A stretch of DNA of 64,000 bases from the human T2T-CHM13v2.0 reference genome, Homo sapiens: NCBI RefSeq assembly GCF_009914755.1, contig NC_060940.1; one strand, given 5' to 3'. Below are positions 57,145 to 64,000 of the stretch, piece by piece; the first letter of the stretch is position 1, and every line of letters begins with the position of its first letter. A model generated the notes under the pieces. That model did no database searches. It was not told the origin of the DNA and saw only the letters and a list, made by a program, of their open reading frames with translations. The translations under genes were made by a program, and so were the position numbers.

Positions 57145-60100
57145 GTGGGTACCCTGGCTCAGCCACTACGTGGGCCTCATCTTTGTCGAGAGGAGGGTGT
57201 CCTGCAGGCCCTGGGATTCTCAGGCTGCACAGAGTAGGCCCTTTGCGGCACCCAGCCTGGCAGCACCGGCGCAGACTCTGCGGGGGCTCAGGCCCTTCTG
57301 TTTTCTGCGGGGCAGGCAGCTGGGGTGAAATGCAGGGACCCCTGCCTCGTTTGCTTTCAGGTTGGCCCTGTGGCCCTGCCCACAGGTGACCCATCCTGGT
57401 GGCATTTCCTCTAAGCACGTTCTTAAGGTTGAGGCTCCAAGATGGACAAATGCGTCCATCCAAGCAGAATCTGACCTTGGCCTGGGCCAGCTGCACCTGG
57501 CAGGACTCCCGGACCTCAGAGCCAGGTGGTGGCTGGAGAGCTCTTGGCTGGGGTCTGCGTGGGTCTGGGAGAGCCTGGGTGGTGGGGCGGGCTCTGTGGG
57601 GAGCCAGCCTGGGGCGAAGGCTCGGGGCATTGGCAAAGGGTGTTGAGTGGGTGCCATGAGAGGCCAGAACCGGAAGGCTTTTAACTGGTGGCATTAAACC
57701 AGGGACACCTGGGCAACCGCAGACTCTTGGCTGGGGGCCTCTGGCCGGCCACCAGCAGCCCAGGACTGTCCCCGTGAGCCTCTCCGAGTAGGCCTTTGGA
57801 GGTATGCCCTTGGGAACAGAGGGGTGGGGCCGCCAAGCATGTCTCTCGGAGGCCTGCGGCCAGCTCACGGCAGCCTTTCCACCTCAGGCGACTGTCCTGG
57901 CCCAGAGCCTCCCTCGCTGGCCACCCGTTGTGCTCTTGCTGTGGGCAGAGGCCAGTCCTGCTCCACTGCCGTTCCTCGAGGCCGAGGCAGTGTAGGCTGG
58001 GGCAGGCCCTGGTGTGGGACAGCCGGGGTGGAAGCTGGGGTTCCACCGCCAGGCTCGGAGATGCTCTTCCATTTGAGTCTCGGATCTAGGAGGCGACCCC
58101 TGGCTCCCTGAGAGCCCCAGCTCAGTCACAAGGAGGCACTTCTCTTCCTCTTGGAGCAATCGTAGGGCTCTTTTCTAAATGGTTTTATTTTTAGAAGTTT
58201 TTTATTTCTGAGCTGAGTTTTTATAACCAAGCTCCCCTGGGCTCCTATCCCTCAGGTGGCTTGGCAGCTGCAGAAAGGACACGCTCTGTACTGTGAGGAA
58301 GCTCCAGGCATGACCCCAAATCCCTTTGTGGTTGAGAATGTGGCCCTATTTCATTTTCCAAAAATACCTGCTCTGAAGTGGGGCAGCTATGGCGGCTTCT
58401 TGATGGGGGTGGTGTCAGCAGTGCCCCAGGAGGCAGAGCTCAGGCCAGAGCCTCAGGAGGCCGTGGGGGATTGCAGGGGCCAGAGCTGGAGGACCGTGAT
58501 GGGGGCACCCCTGGCTGGGCTGCGCAGGGCCGCATGGGCTGTGGGCCCTCGTCGCTGGTGTCCCTGCAGCATGTGTGGCCTGGCCCTGCTGGGCAGCTGT
58601 CCCCCACTTCAGTCAGCGGCGGCGGGAGAGCCTGGGTGGTGGGGCGGGAGGGGTTGCACCTGTAGCAAGTGAAGGCGGTCCACACATGAGCACACCTGCT
58701 TCCCACGCCAGTCCCTCAAGAACTTGCTAGAAGGACTCGCAGAGCTCACTGAGAGCGCTTAGACTCAAGGCCGCCATTTATTCCCAAGGAACAGAGAGAG
58801 ACAGGCTCAGATCAGCAAGGGCGGGCACCTGGGCAGAGGCCGGGGTCTCCCAGTGCCTGGGCGGCTGAGGAGGGGGTTCCTTGGTGGTGTTGGGGCTCCA
58901 TTGCGTAGCCATGCTCGATGGGTGCATCCACCGCCTGCCCCCGTGGCTGATCCCTCCTGTGACCCAGGGCCCCACCCTCCCTCCTGCAGCAGTGGGGCCA
59001 ATGCAGTGGGGTCCACAGAGCCCACGCAGCAGAGGCCCTCCTATCAGGCCGAGATCTGTGGGCTAGCGCCGCCTGCCAGGAGTGGGGCCAGAGGCCAGGC
59101 GCCTCTGGACAGGGTTCAGCCCCTCAGCACATGGTGGGACAGGACCAGCCCCGGATCGCAAGATGCAGCCGCCTCACACGTGGAGGTTTCCACCTCTGAG
59201 ATGTGGCAGAGCCCCTGAGCCTGTGTGTCCCCTCGTGGCGTGGCCTCACTGGAAGGTCACCGGGCGTGGGGGTTTGGGCCCGGGGCACCCGCCCACCCGC
59301 ACTGTCCTGACAGCCTGTCTTCTCCCCCACTGCGCGCTGCACGCCGCCAGAGTGACGACGAGGACCAGGGGCACCCAGGGAGTGGCTCAGATTAAGTGTG
59401 AATGTCATGGTGAGCTCCGTGGCCTCCTTGACCCCATGGCCCCAGCTGACCCTTGCCACAGACCCTCCCTGTGTGTCTGTCCCTGCCTGTAGTTGACGAG
59501 AGCCGTCCGCACTCCATGCCAGCTGTAGATCCTCAGTAGCACTGTCTTGGTGGTGGGGCTGTTGCTGTGAGGCAGATGCCCAGGGGCAGTGTTGGGGCGT
59601 TTGTTGGGATGACTGGAGGGTGCCCGTGCCAGGCCAGGCTGTGGACATCAGTGGTCGTGAACCCAAGAGCCCCTCCTGGGGGCTGGGCAGGGAGTGCCAC
59701 TCGTGCCGCCAGCCCTAGTGGGTGACCTTCCTGTCTGGCTTAGGCCACAGGCTCAGGGCCAAGGGGTCAGGACCAGTGCGGCAGACAGCAGACCCCTATC
59801 TCAGCTGCCAAATCCTGCGGCATCCCTGATGCGCTTAAGCCTCCCAGGCCAGCCGTGTCCTGCAAGCCCCTCAGCCACCCGGGCCTGCCTGCCTGTGGGG
59901 GTGTCTGGCCATGGGGTACAGCCTCAAGGGCCCCCTGGTTGGTGTCTGCAGTTGGACCTTCCTGTGGAAGATGGCCTAGGGAGACAGTGTGTCCAGAAAA
60001 GATGGGTCTCACCCCAGGCTCTGTCTAGAGTAGCCCGTGCTGCTCCCGGCCTTGGGAGGGCGAAGGACAGCACTTTGGCTGCAGGTCTCCAGGGTGTCTC

Positions 60101-61513
60101 CTGCCCTCATCAGGAGGGAGCTGTTGGGGCTCCCGGATGCTCAGATGCCACACTGCTCCTGGCCTGTCCGCTGCGCTACTTAGTTTTACACAGGGCTGGT
60201 GGGGGCTTGGGGGCTGCACTGTCTCCCCAAGTCAACTCCAGACATCCCAGTAAACTTGGGAATCACCCTGGCCCAGGGAGGGACGTGCTGCCCCTCGCAC
60301 AGGGGGATGGGCTCCTCCGAGGCACTGGAGAGTGAGTGGGAGCCTCGAGCTAGAAGTGGTCCAGGGCACTGAGCCTGGGGGGCACCCGCCTGGGAACGGC
60401 AGAGCTGTTGGGGGGTGGAGTATTGGAGTCAGGCTGAGCAGCTCAGGGGACGTGGCCTCCAGGAGCCTTCGGAACAAGCCTGGGGTGGCATGCACCTCTC
60501 ACCACTGCCCTCTCTCCGGTCAGTGCGGCATGGCAGTGACCTCTGGGAGGCTGTGCCCGGCGAGGGCGTGGGCGTTGCTGCCCTACCTGGTGTTGGGCAG
60601 CCCTCACGTGACACATGGAGACAGCTGTTGTGGGCCACGCACAGTGAGGCTGGCTGGCTCCGAAGCTCTCTGCTCGGGAGCGTGGGGTGATTTCCCCTCC
60701 ACCTGGTCTCTGGAGCTGCCATGGCTCATTTTGGGAGTTCACCTCAGCAGCATTGGCCAGCGCCTGAGCCTGTCCTCAGGGGAGCCCAGGCCGACTTGGG
60801 GGTGGCCTCAGGGGGTTCCTGGACACTGGTGAGGGAAGTGGGGAGGGTACCTTGAGGAAGAGTTTTGAGGAGATTGGAGGGTGGGGAGGGCAGGGGGCCG
60901 AGGGGCCGTGGGCTCTGCAGGGCTGACGTGGTACAGATGAGGAGGGGATCCCCGCAGCGTGATCTGCACTTGGGGTAGGGCCCTCTGAGGGCTGGTGGTT
61001 GTTCCATGGGGCAGTCGGGAGGGGCCAGCACATGAGGTGGGCTGGCCAGGCTGAGGTGCAGGGCCGAGGGCTTGGGTGAGGGGCATCTCCAGGAGGGTCC
61101 GGGCGTCGGGGTGGGGGTGGGGGCTGCAGTGGGCATGGAGGAACAGAGGGAGAGACTTAATTGGGGAGGGGGGACTGGACTGCTGAGGGACCCGCGGGCC
61201 GAGTTGCGCTTCATGTCTGAGGCCCAGGACTGAGTGGGCTGAGAGGCCCAAGAGTCAGCGCCTTTGGGTGGGTCTGGGAGGGGCTGCCATGCACAGTGAG
61301 CGCTCCCTGTGTGGGGCCTGGAGATGTGCCAGACACCCCGGTGAAGGTCCTGGGCCTGCCAGCTGAGTCCCCAAGACCCTGGCCAGTGCCGCTGGGTTCC
61401 CGGGGCTCCCCGAGCTAACCCCAGGCCTGTGGGCTCTGTTTTCTGGAGCAGGCGCCTGGTCAGGGACACCTCCTCAGCCCAAGTCCTCATTTTATGCATT
61501 TGGTGTTTTTCAG

Positions 61514-61543
61514 ATTTTGCAAGAACGAGGCTCAAGGATGTGA
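61514..61543 (+). CDS. KCTD5: KCTD5 exon 6 coding part (ILQERGSRM*)
   Basis: tttttcag|ATT...ATG TGA; the six exons total 705 nt = 234 aa plus stop. Confidence 0.95.
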   Translation: MLQERGSRM

Positions 61544-63224
61544 GGGACACAGTATTGACAGCTGAAGAAATGATTTACGTTTTCCCGAGATGTAATGAAC
61601 TGCCATGTCCAGGAAGCTTGGCTGTGAGAAGAAACCTGCTTTTGATCATTTTTCTAGAGATCTGGGTGTGAATCCTTTTTTGCCTCTGAGGTGGGTGGTG
61701 AGAGACGGGCCCAGCTGTCCAAGGCCAGACGTCCCCAAGTTGGGGGAGCACGGCGGCCGGGTGGGCGCTGCCTCTTGGGGGGGCCTCGCTCTGTTTTTTC
61801 CAAGTGCCACGTGGGACTGAGGCAGACACTCCCAGTCAGCCCGCTCGATCCTGAAGATCGTGTGAAGGAAGCGTTCTTGGTGCTACACACAGTCTGGAAA
61901 AGCAGCCTGGGCTTCACTGGCAGGAAGCGGCCGCAGCCGCGTCAGTGTCCAGCACGTCGTGGCCTCTGGTCCGACCACCAGGCCCTAGTCTCGGTCAGGG
62001 AGTCTGCTCTGCCTCCCAGGCGGGATCGCTGGTTTCTCTCGACCTCGCAGAGCTCCTGACAAAGGCGGCTTCTGCGTCGTCACTGCTTCCCGGCGCCATT
62101 CCGAGGCCGGGCCTTCTTCTGACACGGGCTCCAACCCCACCTGACCAAGCCCGGGACAGTCAAGGCTTCTCAATTTGTATTTTCCAGGCAAGAGAACTTT
62201 GTACCCCTTCTCTGTGTGGATAGACTCCCCAGCGTTTTTCCTCTGGAAATGCCCACAGGGCTTGCCGCGTGGAGACTGATCTGTTCCATCCGTTAGCGCG
62301 AGGTAGCAGTGTCGCCTCGCCCCTCCCACTGCGGGCTCACGGGGAGCTGGCGTCTGTCAGTGCCTTGTCACGCCTGGCATAGAGGTTGGGCTGGAGGCCT
62401 GTCCACTGGCTTCTGGAGCTGAAGGTCTGCGTCACGGTGAAAATTCGGGATGTTTACAGAGCATCACAAATGCCTCTCTCTCGCCGCTCTCTCATTTTCT
62501 TTGTATAACTATGCAGCCTTCCCTCTCTTTCTGGGATGTTTGGGACTTCACTCGACCTGCACGGGCTCTGCCCGACATGCCGTGGGAGCTGCTGGGATTC
62601 CTTTAGAAACCGCTGCCCGCATGCTTTGAAAACAGACCTTTCTCAGCTGGCTGTGGGGACCTGTCAGAGTCTGGGGACTCGGCGTGCAGGGCGGGCTCCA
62701 AGCGCTTTGCTTCCGGAACTCCGGCTTCCCAAGGGGTACTGTGCAGACTGACCACCGGCCTCCCGCCTGCAGGTCAGAGGCTCTGACACTGTCTGGTTTC
62801 CAATGCTTCTGGAGACTTCCTGCCTAGGCCTCATCCTCCTCTTTGCCAGTCACCTGATTAACCAATTCTCCAGCATTAGGACTTACCTCCTTCTTTTTGT
62901 AAGGTCTCTTGTATGTTGTTAAATGTTTGGCTTAAACAATTTATAAAAGCCTTTCTAGAAGGCAGACTTAGCCCCAGCAGAGCCTGGGAGGAAGGCGGCC
63001 GCTGGGGCTCCTGGGCATCCTCTCTGGGGAGCTGCTGGCCGCTTAGCGTTGTTTGATTTTTGACCTTGACATAGTAGATAGGCTTGTGGTTTTTTTAATT
63101 TAAAGATATTAAGACTTAATTCACTAAAATTTATTCTAAGGGGATATTTATACTTTTATACTTTTTTAGGTATCGTATTTTATCAGCTTACAGTTTAATG
63201 CCTAAGTTTCCCCTGGAAATAGCA

Positions 63225-63230
63225 AATAAA
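63225..63230 (+). terminator. KCTD5: KCTD5 poly(A) signal AATAAA
   Basis: Ends an AU-rich 3'UTR segment ~1.7 kb after the stop. Confidence 0.85.
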
Positions 63231-63554
63231 ATTGTGTATTTATGAATGCGCGTAGTAGCTGTTTATGGTCTTAAGATGCAGGGGAATGCCACCCCGGGTC
63301 GCTCGGACCAAGGTGCTGCCCCTCCAAGCCGCCCAGCCCCACTGGCCGCGGCGGCTCACTCAGGGCTCTGCCTCTGCCTCTCAGTCGATGGCCAGGGCGG
63401 AGCTGGGCCATCCACGGGGTGCCGGCTTGGCCAGGGTCACTGGATCAGAGCTGCACGGCCCATCCCTGCACCCCACTCTGCCTGGACCCCTCACCTACCT
63501 CCAGCAGATAGCATACCCCCATCCCGGGAGACCGGAGACCATGTACAAGGGCCT

Positions 63555-63685
63555 TTTTTTTTCCTTAAGAGACAGGGGTCTTGCTATGTTGCCCAGGCTG
63601 GTCTTGAACTGCTGGGCTCAAGTGATCCTCCTGCCTCAGCCTCCTGAGCAGTTGGGATTACAGGCGTGAGCCATTGCGCGCGGCT
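63555..63685 (-). mobile_element. FLAM/Alu monomer
   Basis: Reverse Alu left arm. Confidence 0.85.
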
Positions 63686-64000
63686 CAAGTGATGTTTTTT
63701 TGAAAGTCCTGATACCTCAAGTTAGCATCCACCTCTCTTCCCTCACTTTAGCCTGCAGCCTGGGTTGTGACAGCAGGAGCTTCCCGAGAAGGTCCTGGGG
63801 TCCCGGCACCCCCTCGCCAGCTGCTGTGACTCCTCCTGGTGGCTGCTCCACGAAGCCTTGGCTGTTGGACTCCCCGCCCCCCCGCAGGGAGATTCCCATT
63901 CACGGTGTCCCCCAGGGCCTGGCTGTCTGAGGTCACAGAGCCTCAGGCTGTAGTGGCCTTGTCCATCCTGTTTCCAGGTGTGTGGCTGGCCCAGCCTGAC

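Noticed and set aside
55982-61550. Several 200-270 aa ORFs on both strands
   Set aside because: Pro/Gly/Ala/Arg-rich with no recognisable domains; expected by chance at this GC content.

Overview
Human (primate) genomic DNA; the content matches 16p13.3 around KCTD5 (locus identity recalled from memory, no database search). From left to right: (1) 1-~31.9 kb appears to be an inverted duplicate of the PDPK1 5' end (PDPK2P), with a minus-strand CpG-island promoter and an exon 1 that has lost its ATG and gained a stop. (2) Inside that intron-1 copy lies a full-length minus-strand HERV-K(HML-4)/LTR13 provirus (14468-24742, 6-bp TSD CCCTCT; ERVK13-1 locus) with broken gag, pro, pol and env. (3) ~31.9-36.4 kb looks like an orphan copy of the PDPK1 3'UTR. 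(4) The complete six-exon KCTD5 gene (234 aa) follows on the plus strand. Many Alus, a MER2, a MER52 solo LTR and older repeats are present. Main hunt result: despite the decayed genes, the provirus keeps an uninterrupted two-exon Rec-like ORF (87+18=105 aa, collinear with HML-2 Rec) with all splice sites intact. Both LTR poly(A) signals appear damaged, and an AUG-less PDPK1-derived promoter/exon lies upstream in the same orientation. Together these make a candidate host-promoter-driven retroviral RNA-export gene. Expression is inferred, not shown. Repeat boundaries are approximate unless a TSD is given.
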